The notes under the pieces were generated by a model. The model made no database searches. It was not told the origin of the DNA and was given only the letters and a program-made list of their open reading frames with translations. A DNA stretch of 64,000 bases from a bacterium (GTDB lineage Bacteria; UBA10199; 2-02-FULL-44-16; JAAZCA01): the NCBI GenBank assembly GCA_963674695.2, contig CAXXGI010000003.1:512001-576000 (forward strand), in the 5' to 3' direction. The position numbers and the translations under genes are program-made. Positions 1 through 7,912 of this stretch are shown piece by piece (position 1 is the first letter of the stretch; each line of letters begins with the position of its first letter).

Positions 1-177
1 ATCCATTTCAGACAAATTGCCATCTGGCGGTGTTAGCTCTACGGGGACAAAATCAGGCGGCAGCTTGTTGTCCCTGAGTTTATTCTCTCGCTTAATATCT
101 TCGTGTGAATCTGAATCCCACGAAAACAAGCATTTTCTGTTTTTGTACGTTACAATTCCGCTAAAGAAATTACACAT
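1..177 (-). CDS. Phage-type protein, N-terminal part (runs off window edge)
   Basis: My translation: MCNFFSGIVTYKNRKCLFSWDSDSHEDIKRENKLRDNKLPPDFVPVELTPPDG..., with a GGGAG RBS upstream and an open frame to base 1. Not in the ORF track. Confidence 0.6.
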   Translation of the reverse strand, partial: MCNFFSGIVTYKNRKCLFSWDSDSHEDIKRENKLRDNKLPPDFVPVELTPPDGNLSEMD

Positions 178-196
178 AGTTCACGCTCCCTGTTTG

Positions 197-868
197 TTAT
201 TGTCTCGCATGAACGCGCCCGAGAATGTCGAAGACTGGCTGCTCAACATGATTGATTCTCGCACGCCGCTCCTTCTCTTTTTCGGGATCGCTTTTGCTTG
301 TGAGGGCCTCACTCACTGATCCGGGCACGACCACACCGACAAGCCTATCCGCGGCTTCCCGGCAGTCTTGCGGCGCACACTTCCAAGCGCGGCTTTTCAC
401 TCCCATGAGCGCCAGGCCCTTGACCTGATGTTTGTCGTGTGGGTTCCACTCGCTGCGGTTTTTGAACGTCGGTGTGTAGCCGACTTTTGAAAAATCGTCC
501 TGCCATGCGGGGTAATCGTGAACGCAATTACTGCACGAGCACTTAAAAAGCGTGGTGTAACTGTGCCCGCTGTATTTCCGCACCGCTGACAGTGTTCCAG
601 AGCCCTCACACAACGCGCATACCTCCGACTCCCTCGCGACCGTTGGGTCTGGATACGTTCGGGCGATTTCGAGCAAAGCCTTGATTGTCGGGAACCTGTC
701 CGAGTTCGTCAGGACGTACTCGATCGTCCGTGTGAATTGGCTATCTGAGATACGAGGGTCAAGGGCGCGGTAGTAAACCGGCTCCATCTTCTCCACGCGG
801 CTTTCGGCCAACCCAAACGCTGCCGCAACTACCTTGATTTGCTCTTTAAAATACCCGTATGACAGCAT
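197..868 (-). CDS. Phage replicative helicase loader/inhibitor-like protein with Zn ribbon
   Basis: Directly downstream of the replisome organiser. N-terminal ...SDRFPTIKALL motif is typical of G39P-like loaders; CALC...CSC Cys pairs. Confidence 0.55.
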   Translation of the reverse strand: MLSYGYFKEQIKVVAAAFGLAESRVEKMEPVYYRALDPRISDSQFTRTIEYVLTNSDRFPTIKALLEIARTYPDPTVARESEVCALCEGSGTLSAVRKYSGHSYTTLFKCSCSNCVHDYPAWQDDFSKVGYTPTFKNRSEWNPHDKHQVKGLALMGVKSRAWKCAPQDCREAADRLVGVVVPGSVSEALTSKSDPEKEKERRARINHVEQPVFDILGRVHARQ

Positions 869-1654
869 CTACGCCTCCAATGGGATAACCTTGCCGTGCT
901 CGTCGAAAATGGGATTCCCCTTCTCGTCGGTCTTCCACTTTGGCTTTGGCACCTTGCTGCGATGCTTTTGCAAAAAAGCATTCACCTCTCCGGGGACAAA
1001 CGCCACTGGGAAGCCCTCCTCCTTTGCCTTGCCGCCCTTCGAAAAGAAAAACGCGCATAACTCAGGCCACTGCTCTTTCGGCACCGCCGCCGCTATTTGC
1101 TGGCCGATCTTTCCAGCCATCCCCCACCACTGCTTCGGAGTGTGGTAGTCCTCGCCAAAAGCCCGCTTGTACTCGTGGCAAAAAACAGATCCGAAATTAT
1201 TTGGGGACGGGGGGGGATCTTTGACCTTCTCCTTCCTTCCTTCCTTCCTTCCTTTCCTTTCCTTCCTTCCTTCCTTCCCCCCGGAGTGTTCCGGGAGTGT
1301 TCCCGGAATGTTCCCGGAATGTTCCGACATAACTGGAATCATTGATTTTTTCGGATGGCTGATCGATTGGTGGTCGTCGAAGTCGTGACATTGGATATAT
1401 TTCTTTCCGTCGACCTCGTACCTGTGGATAAGTTGCGTTTTTTCGAGTTCGTCGAGGAGTTTTTCAACCACCTCGCCGGTCGCCGAGTAGTACCTCGGAC
1501 ATCGTGCCCCGATCTCCATCACATCATCGACAAGACGCCCCTCATCGTCTGCGTGGTTCCACAGCGAAATATTGAGGAATGCCGCGTCAACAGAGCACCT
1601 AAGCTGTTTTCCGCTTGAGAAATAATCAGGTTTCACGGTTCGTATCCTCGCCAT
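869..1654 (-). CDS. Phage replication initiator (replisome organiser)
   Basis: N-terminus MARIRTVKPDYFS...LWNHADDEGR, followed by an internal iteron and purine-rich tract. Confidence 0.8.
   Translation of the reverse strand: MARIRTVKPDYFSSGKQLRCSVDAAFLNISLWNHADDEGRLVDDVMEIGARCPRYYSATGEVVEKLLDELEKTQLIHRYEVDGKKYIQCHDFDDHQSISHPKKSMIPVMSEHSGNIPGTLPEHSGGKEGRKERKGRKEGRKEKVKDPPPSPNNFGSVFCHEYKRAFGEDYHTPKQWWGMAGKIGQQIAAAVPKEQWPELCAFFFSKGGKAKEEGFPVAFVPGEVNAFLQKHRSKVPKPKWKTDEKGNPIFDEHGKVIPLEA
1230..1326. repeat. Putative phage replication origin: four 11-bp iterons plus a (CCTT)n tract
   Basis: CCGGAGTGTTC CGGGAGTGTTC CCGGAATGTTC CCGGAATGTTC at 1281-1324, next to a strand-biased CCTT run (1230-1277) inside the initiator gene, as in the lambda O ori. 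Confidence 0.65.
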
Positions 1655-1950
1655 TAGAAAAGCTCCCCCTGAGAATCACGCTCTTTTGTGCACCACTCGA
1701 TCGACATCCTACCGCTCACCCTGCACATGCGTTTGTGGCATCGATCTCCGCTCGGAACCGATCCCTCTTTCCTCAAATCGTCGATCCTCGCGCTGATCGT
1801 TCCCGGAAACCATCCGAACACCTCCGACAATTCCCTGATTGTGCTCGGGCGTCTTACCAGATGCCAATAGATCGCTTCTCTCTGGTTCCTCGCCGTTCCG
1901 TCGTTCAATATTTCATGCCGTGCCATCAGGCTTGTTGGTTGCACTCGCAT
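1654..1950 (-). CDS. Small winged-HTH DNA-binding phage protein
   Basis: STIRELSEVFGWFPGTISARIDDL HTH-like segment; 1-nt overlap with the next gene. Confidence 0.6.
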   Translation of the reverse strand: MRVQPTSLMARHEILNDGTARNQREAIYWHLVRRPSTIRELSEVFGWFPGTISARIDDLRKEGSVPSGDRCHKRMCRVSGRMSIEWCTKERDSQGELF

Positions 1951-2197
1951 ATTCCCTCCAATACTTTGCAGCGAGCTCCTTTAATTCGTCTCGATAAGCC
2001 CCAATGAAACGATGGACACGTTCATGACACCGACGGCAGAGAGGAACGCAGCTCTCATCGTCTCCTCGTTTAGAAAGCCCTCGATCATTGTAAACGTGAT
2101 GGGGATCATTGCCGTGCCATGATGATTGCGCCCCGCATCGACAACAGGGTTGCTCTCTGATCCAACGCAAATAAGGTTCATTTTTCACCTTCATCAA
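1913..2197 (-). CDS. DUF968/HNH-like phage nuclease
   Basis: YLRWIREQPCCRC...DPHH...DDESCVPLCRRCH pattern. Confidence 0.7.
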   Translation of the reverse strand: MMKVKNEPYLRWIREQPCCRCGAQSSWHGNDPHHVYNDRGLSKRGDDESCVPLCRRCHERVHRFIGAYRDELKELAAKYWREYASATNKPDGTA

Positions 2198-2540
2198 GTT
2201 TGTCCTTTACCCAACCGATCATCGACTCGACTTTGTCTCGATAAAAACGCTCGAAATCTCCCTCGCCACCAAGCTGTTTCCACCAGACAAACAAAACACC
2301 TCGCAACCGCTGCGCCGGCGTTTTCTCGCTGCGAAAGTCTTTCGGTGGCTCGCTTGGGATTTCAATCTGCGTTGACGATTCCGGGCAAAACAGCATCCAC
2401 CCGAAAGACTGGTTCATGCGCATGAGCGTTGCGCCCATTTCTGGTGAGATTTCTTGCGTATGGAACGTGACCTTCAGCGAGCGGTCCTTTAGCGTCTTGT
2501 GACCTTCGAGAAGGGCCCCAACCTTTAGAACGTCTTCCAT
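2178..2540 (-). CDS. Phage hypothetical protein
   Basis: 120-aa ORF with a GGGGAG RBS, in the operon; EKTPAQRLRGVLFVWWKQ segment. Confidence 0.65.
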   Translation of the reverse strand: MEDVLKVGALLEGHKTLKDRSLKVTFHTQEISPEMGATLMRMNQSFGWMLFCPESSTQIEIPSEPPKDFRSEKTPAQRLRGVLFVWWKQLGGEGDFERFYRDKVESMIGWVKDKLDEGEK

Positions 2541-2556
2541 GACTCCCCCAAGAGAG

Positions 2557-2602
2557 AGGAGGCGGGGTGGCGAACCACCCCGGCCCTTTCGGGCGACCTC
2601 CT
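2557..2602 (-). other. Structured intergenic RNA element (three-way junction)
   Basis: Minus strand: AGGAGG-TC-GCCC(GAAA)GGGC-C-GGGGTGG(TTCG)CCACCCC-G-CCTCCT. Confidence 0.45.
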
Positions 2603-2615
2603 GAACCCTAAAAGA

Positions 2616-3695
2616 TTAGATCGGCACATCCGCTTCATTTTCTTCCTTCGGCGGCTTGCTTCCATTTCCACCACCGGGCAACCCGAGGTGTTCAATTTTA
2701 ACGCGCTCAATTGCCGCCTCAATATCCTCCGGTCGCTTCCTCTCGATTGCAGTTTTTGAGCTTGTACCGAAAAGCTGCTCCAAAACTTCAATCCGTCGTT
2801 TTTTGGTATCGCCGGAAGTGCCCGTCAGGCCCGCCTTTGTGAGTACAGCATCGAACTCTTCAAGTGCTATGTCGCGCCGCCGAAACATTCGCTGCAATGA
2901 TCCATCACCATTATCATCGAACATATCTTCGGACGTGCTCGTGGTGTTCAGCCCGTAATGCTCACCTCCAAGGTTAAGGCATTCGATGTGTGGCAGATAG
3001 TCATCGAACTTCGGGTTGTCGAATGACTTTGAGTCGAGTATTCCGAACCGCTCTTTGACCACGTTGCAGCGACGAACGTAGGTCCCATCACCCTCTGAAT
3101 AGACCTTCTCCATCTCGCAGAGGATTGACGGCTCATACCCGGTGTCACCCTCTGCACGCATCTTCGTTCCGCTCTTCACGCTCGTCTTTTTTGTCCTGCC
3201 GTTTCGCTCTTGTTCTTCTGTGGTGTAGATCGCGCCTTCCCTGCCGCACATTATGATGTGGAGCTTGGAATTGACGAAACGATCGCGGTATTGCGTGCGC
3301 CACTCCTTCTTGATTGGCTTCCAGTCCCACAACTCGATGTAGTTCTGTTTCCGCTTCTTCATGTAGGCATCGGTGAACTCGTCCCATACGTTCGTGATCG
3401 AATCGATAATCAGAATGGAGCATTCCTTTTCCGCTTCATCCATGACCGCGACCAAGTCCTTGAGCGCCGATCCGTTGAACGTCACAAGCTCGATTCCCGC
3501 CGTCTTGAACTTCGGCAGAATAAAACTCGACCCCGTTTCTGTGTCGAAGAACGCAACGGGCTTGTCGCTCTTGATGAACTTATGCAGTCCGAGAGCCACC
3601 CCTGATGCCGTCCATGTTTTTCCGGACCCCGTATCTCCGTAGAGCCCCATTTTTAGATATGCCATTGTGTTTTGTGCTGGTTTTAAAAGTCCCAC
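2616..3695 (-). CDS. AAA_24 / Sak4-like phage ATPase (recombination)
   Basis: Walker A GDTGSGKT and ILIIDSIT Walker B; acidic C-terminal tail. GTG start at 3695 follows a GGAGAGGAGG RBS. Confidence 0.8.
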   Translation of the reverse strand: MGLLKPAQNTMAYLKMGLYGDTGSGKTWTASGVALGLHKFIKSDKPVAFFDTETGSSFILPKFKTAGIELVTFNGSALKDLVAVMDEAEKECSILIIDSITNVWDEFTDAYMKKRKQNYIELWDWKPIKKEWRTQYRDRFVNSKLHIIMCGREGAIYTTEEQERNGRTKKTSVKSGTKMRAEGDTGYEPSILCEMEKVYSEGDGTYVRRCNVVKERFGILDSKSFDNPKFDDYLPHIECLNLGGEHYGLNTTSTSEDMFDDNGDGSLQRMFRRRDIALEEFDAVLTKAGLTGTSGDTKKRRIEVLEQLFGTSSKTAIERKRPEDIEAAIERVKIEHLGLPGGGNGSKPPKEENEADVPI

Positions 3696-3728
3696 AACTG
3701 CCTCCTCTCCCGTTCTTGACACTCCCAA

Positions 3729-3932
3729 TCAATGAGAGTATCCAGAACGTGCTTGCGTGATCTTGTGCAATAGAGTCCGCACTCTGAACTGTTCTTCGAG
3801 ATACGATATTTCGTCCTCGAAAAACGCTTGCTCAAGATCCGGGTCCGGGTCGACCATACGGTCGGCCCGTTCTGCATCTACGAACGTCTTCCACTCTCCG
3901 TGCTGCCTGGTCCCCCACGCCATGAGCTTCAT
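3729..3932 (-). CDS. Phage hypothetical protein
   Basis: 67 aa, AGGAGG RBS, ATGA overlap with the upstream ORF. Confidence 0.55.
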   Translation of the reverse strand: MKLMAWGTRQHGEWKTFVDAERADRMVDPDPDLEQAFFEDEISYLEEQFRVRTLLHKITQARSGYSH

Positions 3933-4141
3933 GATTCACCTCCTTTCTCTAAAATATTTTTCGCCTTGTTTATTACAAGCAGTGCAAGAAAGATTGCGTT
4001 GGTAACGATCTTCGGATCTCCCCTCAACGACGGCCGTAGCAGGACTTTTGTTAGCGACTCACATTCCACGACCAACTCGCGGATAATCGCGTCCCTCTCC
4101 GCATCGACATCGGCGATCATTTTTAGTGCGTGCTCGGTCAT
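3929..4141 (-). CDS. Phage hypothetical protein (MTEHALKMIAD...)
   Basis: In-frame ATG at 4141 just after the stop of the upstream gene; 70 aa. Confidence 0.5.
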   Translation of the reverse strand: MTEHALKMIADVDAERDAIIRELVVECESLTKVLLRPSLRGDPKIVTNAIFLALLVINKAKNILEKGGES

Positions 4142-4145
4142 GGGT

Positions 4146-4448
4146 TCACCCCGCCTTTCTTTGCCACCGTTTATCGTTGCAGGTCGTGCAGATGAGGACG
4201 TAAACGAGGCATCCCGTTTCGGGATCGTACTGACGTTCCATGTCTTCTTTGAGAAGCCGCAGCCCGCAAGCTGCACACTCCGCGGTGTACTCTTCGCAGT
4301 CAGGGCAGAGAGGCTTTCCCTTGGAATCCACGGCCTCTTCCCCTGGGCGGCAGTCGATTCCACCCCCACAATGAGAGCAGCGCATATCCTCGTCCCGATC
4401 TTCCGGTGAGGCCAATTTGTATGCGTCGTATCCTGGCAGGCGTTCCAT
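4146..4448 (-). CDS. Phage Zn-finger protein
   Basis: LPGYDAYKLASP N-terminus and four CxxC pairs. Confidence 0.65.
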   Translation of the reverse strand: MERLPGYDAYKLASPEDRDEDMRCSHCGGGIDCRPGEEAVDSKGKPLCPDCEEYTAECAACGLRLLKEDMERQYDPETGCLVYVLICTTCNDKRWQRKAG

Positions 4449-4451
4449 CGT

Positions 4452-4823
4452 TCACCCCTTTCCGCCGGCAATGGCGATCAACGTAGGTCGTTGAGGTTCA
4501 ACGCGACGTTTCTTTGCGTCGTGAAAAATGCGCTGCTTGATGAGAGTGTTTTGCTTCGATTGATACCCGCTCGCGCGCGGCCCCTTGACAATCGGGGCAA
4601 ACGGATTGCGCGAGCGAAACACGCACCCCGAATGCTGTGCTCGACGCCACGCCACGGTTGCCGATAGCTCGTAGGCGACATGCCAACACCGGGAGTGCTG
4701 CCAGTTGATGTCGATAACTTGGTACAGTGCGGATTGTGCGCGCCTGACTCGGCGCTCGATCGGGCCACTGCGATAAATCGTGACTTCCTGGCGCACTTTG
4801 AGCGCCTTGACCACAGAGAGCAT
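4452..4823 (-). CDS. Hypothetical basic protein, first gene of the phage-like operon
   Basis: Strong GAGGAGG RBS; ends 3 nt before the next start. Confidence 0.55.
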   Translation of the reverse strand: MLSVVKALKVRQEVTIYRSGPIERRVRRAQSALYQVIDINWQHSRCWHVAYELSATVAWRRAQHSGCVFRSRNPFAPIVKGPRASGYQSKQNTLIKQRIFHDAKKRRVEPQRPTLIAIAGGKG

Positions 4824-4894
4824 AGATCCTCCTCATGCTCTCCCCCATGCGAGCATCCGGGTTGCGCCGACGGGCGGCGTGTGCTAACCCCGAT

Positions 4895-4939
4895 TGCATT
4901 GATCGTGCCAATTTTTGGGCCTTATTTATCAGGTACTTG
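4895..4939 (-). promoter_or_regulatory. Sigma54 -24/-12 promoter plus IHF site
   Basis: Minus strand TTGGCACGATCAATGCA (4911-4895). Plus strand TATCAGGTACTTG (4927-4939) matches WATCARNNNNTTR. Confidence 0.6.
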
Positions 4940-5145
4940 CGTGACTGGTGGCGCTGCGGATTGGAGCGGTTTTTGTCCAACTTCAAACTCAAGATATGGA
5001 CGGGCAAACTCAAGACGGATTTTGTACACGCTTGATTATCAAGAGGTTTTGATGTAAGTAGAGCGGTGTTTTTATATCTTATACGACCCTGTGTCGATAT
5101 CACGAGAGGGCGCGCTTTCAGCCCACATCCACGGAGTGACCGCAC

Positions 5146-7227
5146 ATGTATCGCAGAGCCAACATCGCGCCGGTTTCCGCCCAACAGCAATGCCCTGTAT
5201 CGATCGAGACGAGCCCTGCCGTCGATTACAAGGTCTCGATCCTGCAGCAGAGCGTCACCGCTCTCAAGACGATGCAGCGAACGGATGGCTACTGGTGGTT
5301 TGCGCTCGAGGCCAATGAATCGATCGGCTCGGAGTTCATCTTTCTGATGCACTATCTGGATGAGGTTGACGAATCGATCATGGCTGGCATCGCGCAGCGC
5401 ATTCGGGATATGCAGCGCAGCGATGGCAGCTGGACCCTCTATTATGACGGCCCCGGGCATCTCTCCGCATCGATCGAGTGCTATTTCGCCTTAAAACTCG
5501 CGGGATTCACCGAATCCGACCCGATGATGGCCAAGGCGCGTGACTTCATCAGGGCCAGTGGCGGCATTGAGCGAGCCACAGTCTTCACAAAGATCCACTT
5601 GGCCATGTTTGGGCTGGTGCCCTGGAGTGCCGCGCCCGCCATGCCGGTCGAGTTCATGCTCCTGCCCAGCTGGTTTCCGGTGAACATCTATAGCTTCTCG
5701 AGCTGGGCGCGCGCGACCATCGTGCCGCTGTTGGTCTTCATGTCGGAGCAAAAGACAAAAAAACTGAACAAGAACATTACGTTGGATGAAATCTTTCTGA
5801 ACCGGCCTGATGAGCGCGATTATGCCTTTCACACGGGAAAATCCTTTTTTTCCTGGGAGTCTTGGTTCATTCGGATCGATAAATACTTGAAATGGTACGA
5901 GAAACTCCCTTGGAAGCCGTTGCGTAACTATGCGAAAAAGAAGTGTTTATCCTGGACCTGGGAGCATGTCTCCAAGACGGAGGATATCTATCCGGCCATG
6001 GCCTATGCGGCGTTTGCAGCAAAGGCGGCGGGGTTTGAAAACAGCGATCCGCGCATTCGGCAGCCCTTTGAGGGGCTCAAGATGTTCCAGCAGTATTATG
6101 CGACGGAAGAGCTCGTGCCGATGCCGGACGAGATCCGCGATGACGGGCAGACGCGCCCTTCCGAGCTACGCGCGATGGGCATCGACCCCCGGGTCTCTGA
6201 TGGCGGGTCACGGGTTACGGGTCACGGGTTACGGATCCACCAACAGTGCTGCATCTCGCCGCTCTGGGATACGCCCTGGACGCTCACCGCACTCCTCGAT
6301 GCGGGCACTCCGGCGGATGATCCGGATCTGTTGCGCTCCGGGCGGTGGTTGCTGGCCAAGCAGATTACGGACGTCCGTGGCGATTGGGCGGTGAAAAATC
6401 CGAACGGAGTTCCCGGCGGATGGCCGTTCGAGTTCGAGAACGACTATTTTCCCGACATAGACGATTCGATCCAGATATTATCCGTCCTTCATCGGTTGGC
6501 GCTTTCCGAGGCGGAGACCGAGGGACCCTGCAAGCTGGGGCTCGACTGGGTGCTGTCGATGCAGAACGACGATGGCGGTTGGGGGGCGTTCGACAAGAAT
6601 CAGACGCAGGAGCTGGTCAACCGGATCCCCTTCTCCGACCATAAGGCCTGCCTCGATCCCTCATCCCCCGATATCGCCGGGCGCGTTCTGGAGCTGCTGG
6701 CGGCCTACGGTTTCGCGCAGGATCATCCTGCCGTGGCCCAGGCCCTGAGCTATATCTGGCGGCATCAGGAGTCATTCGGTGGCTGGTTTGCGCGTTGGGG
6801 CATCAACTATATCTATGGAACCTGGTGCGTGCTGACCGGTCTTTCCGCCATCGGGTGGGATATGGACGATCCGCGTGTGCTCAAGGCGATCGGCTGGCTG
6901 CGTTCGGTCCAGAATGCAGATGGCGGGTTTGGCGAGTCGGCCGAGTCGTATGATCGCGGAACCTATGTCCCGCTGGGCGTGAGTACGGCGTCACAGACCG
7001 CCTGGGGGCTGATGGGGCTCGTGGCTGCCGGGCGTGCCGATGCCGGCTGTGCGCGGCGTGCCGCTGAATATCTGCTGAACACGCGCAATCGCGCCGGCGC
7101 CTGGGATGAACAGCACTACACCGGGACGGGATTTCCCGGCCACTTCTACATCCGCTATCACGGTTACCGCCACTTCTTCCCGGTGATCGCCCTGGCCCGC
7201 TATCAACGCGCCGTCGGTGTGCTCTAG
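5146..7227 (+). CDS. shc: Squalene-hopene cyclase
   Basis: QW repeats (QRSDGSW, QNDDGGW, QNADGGF), DIDD catalytic motif, ISPLWDT, TGTGFPGHFYIRY. Confidence 0.93.
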   Translation: MYRRANIAPVSAQQQCPVSIETSPAVDYKVSILQQSVTALKTMQRTDGYWWFALEANESIGSEFIFLMHYLDEVDESIMAGIAQRIRDMQRSDGSWTLYYDGPGHLSASIECYFALKLAGFTESDPMMAKARDFIRASGGIERATVFTKIHLAMFGLVPWSAAPAMPVEFMLLPSWFPVNIYSFSSWARATIVPLLVFMSEQKTKKLNKNITLDEIFLNRPDERDYAFHTGKSFFSWESWFIRIDKYLKWYEKLPWKPLRNYAKKKCLSWTWEHVSKTEDIYPAMAYAAFAAKAAGFENSDPRIRQPFEGLKMFQQYYATEELVPMPDEIRDDGQTRPSELRAMGIDPRVSDGGSRVTGHGLRIHQQCCISPLWDTPWTLTALLDAGTPADDPDLLRSGRWLLAKQITDVRGDWAVKNPNGVPGGWPFEFENDYFPDIDDSIQILSVLHRLALSEAETEGPCKLGLDWVLSMQNDDGGWGAFDKNQTQELVNRIPFSDHKACLDPSSPDIAGRVLELLAAYGFAQDHPAVAQALSYIWRHQESFGGWFARWGINYIYGTWCVLTGLSAIGWDMDDPRVLKAIGWLRSVQNADGGFGESAESYDRGTYVPLGVSTASQTAWGLMGLVAAGRADAGCARRAAEYLLNTRNRAGAWDEQHYTGTGFPGHFYIRYHGYRHFFPVIALARYQRAVGVL
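6204..6234 (+). repeat. Heptamer tandem repeat (CGGGTYA)x4 inside shc
   Basis: CGGGTCA CGGGTTA CGGGTCA CGGGTTA CGG, encoding GSRVTGHGLR. Confidence 0.85.
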
Positions 7228-7252
7228 CATTTCAAGGGTGTCATTCATAAGG

Positions 7253-7350
7253 TGTCATTCCCGCCCCCGATTCAATCATTCGAGGGCAGGCTCCAGCGGG
7301 AATCTCGCTTTGTACGGCACATCGAGATCCCCGCCTGCGCGGGGATGACA
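7253..7350. repeat. REP-like inverted pair, expanded-loop variant
   Basis: TGTCATTCCCGC[CCCCGATTCAATCATTCGAGGGCAGGCTCCA]GCGGGAATCTCG-spacer-CGAGATCCCCGC..GCGGGGATGACA. Confidence 0.9.
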
Positions 7351-7397
7351 AAAACAAGGGTTTGTCATCAACCGGAGAACTCTGTCGATTATTCTCT

Positions 7398-7823
7398 TTA
7401 TGCCTTTTCCGCCTTCTTCTTAAAATGCTCGAGCATCGCTGGCACACTCTTCTGCATCAGGCCATCGATGATAGACGATGGAATCCAGCCCGAGAGTTCC
7501 ACCTCGGTTGAAAAGGTCGCCTCCGTCTTTTTCGCCCCCTTCTTTTCGAGTTTCCAGGAACCGATGTTCGATTCCATCATCTCCCCTTCGACGAGCGTCC
7601 AGGTGACGGCCGATGGTTTTTTCATCTTGAAGTCGAGCGTGTAGTTGATCTTCGTCATCATGTTCATGACGAAGGCGACGCGCGCGCCGGTCTTGGTGCT
7701 CTTGAGCACCTCGGCTTCTTCGATCTCGGGGAGAAATTTCGGGTACATGGCAAAATCGCTCACGACGGAGAAGACGTGGTCGATCGGGGCATCGATGATG
7801 GTGGTGGCGCTGACGTTCGGCAT
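7398..7823 (-). CDS. SRPBCC/START-domain protein (polyketide cyclase / Coq10 / RatA-like)
   Basis: IDAPIDHVFSVVSDFAMYPKFLP ... GSWKL signature. Confidence 0.85.
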   Translation of the reverse strand: MPNVSATTIIDAPIDHVFSVVSDFAMYPKFLPEIEEAEVLKSTKTGARVAFVMNMMTKINYTLDFKMKKPSAVTWTLVEGEMMESNIGSWKLEKKGAKKTEATFSTEVELSGWIPSSIIDGLMQKSVPAMLEHFKKKAEKA

Positions 7824-7855
7824 GGTGTTCCTTTCGATAACGAAGTCTTGGTTTT

Positions 7856-7883
7856 TGTCATCCCCGCGTTCGCGGGGATGACA
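7856..7883. repeat. Single REP-like palindrome
   Basis: TGTCATCCCCGCG-TT-CGCGGGGATGACA. Confidence 0.85.
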
Positions 7884-7912
7884 CCCTATAAATATAATAA
7901 TGAGGGCATACC

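Larger units (their letters stand above)
1..4823 (-). mobile_element. Prophage-like early (recombination/replication) module; continues left of the window
   Basis: Short, tightly packed co-directional ORFs with phage replication/recombination hallmarks. Lower GC than the flank and no REP copies. Confidence 0.8.

Noticed and set aside
4824-5145. Prophage att site or tRNA at the phage-host junction
   Set aside because: No cloverleaf or tRNA 3' end is recognisable, and the partner att would lie outside the window, so it cannot be supported.
7252-7644. Small ORFs starting MSFPPPIQSFEGRL / MSSSRMRGSR
   Set aside because: These are translations of REP elements, recurring wherever the repeat occurs.
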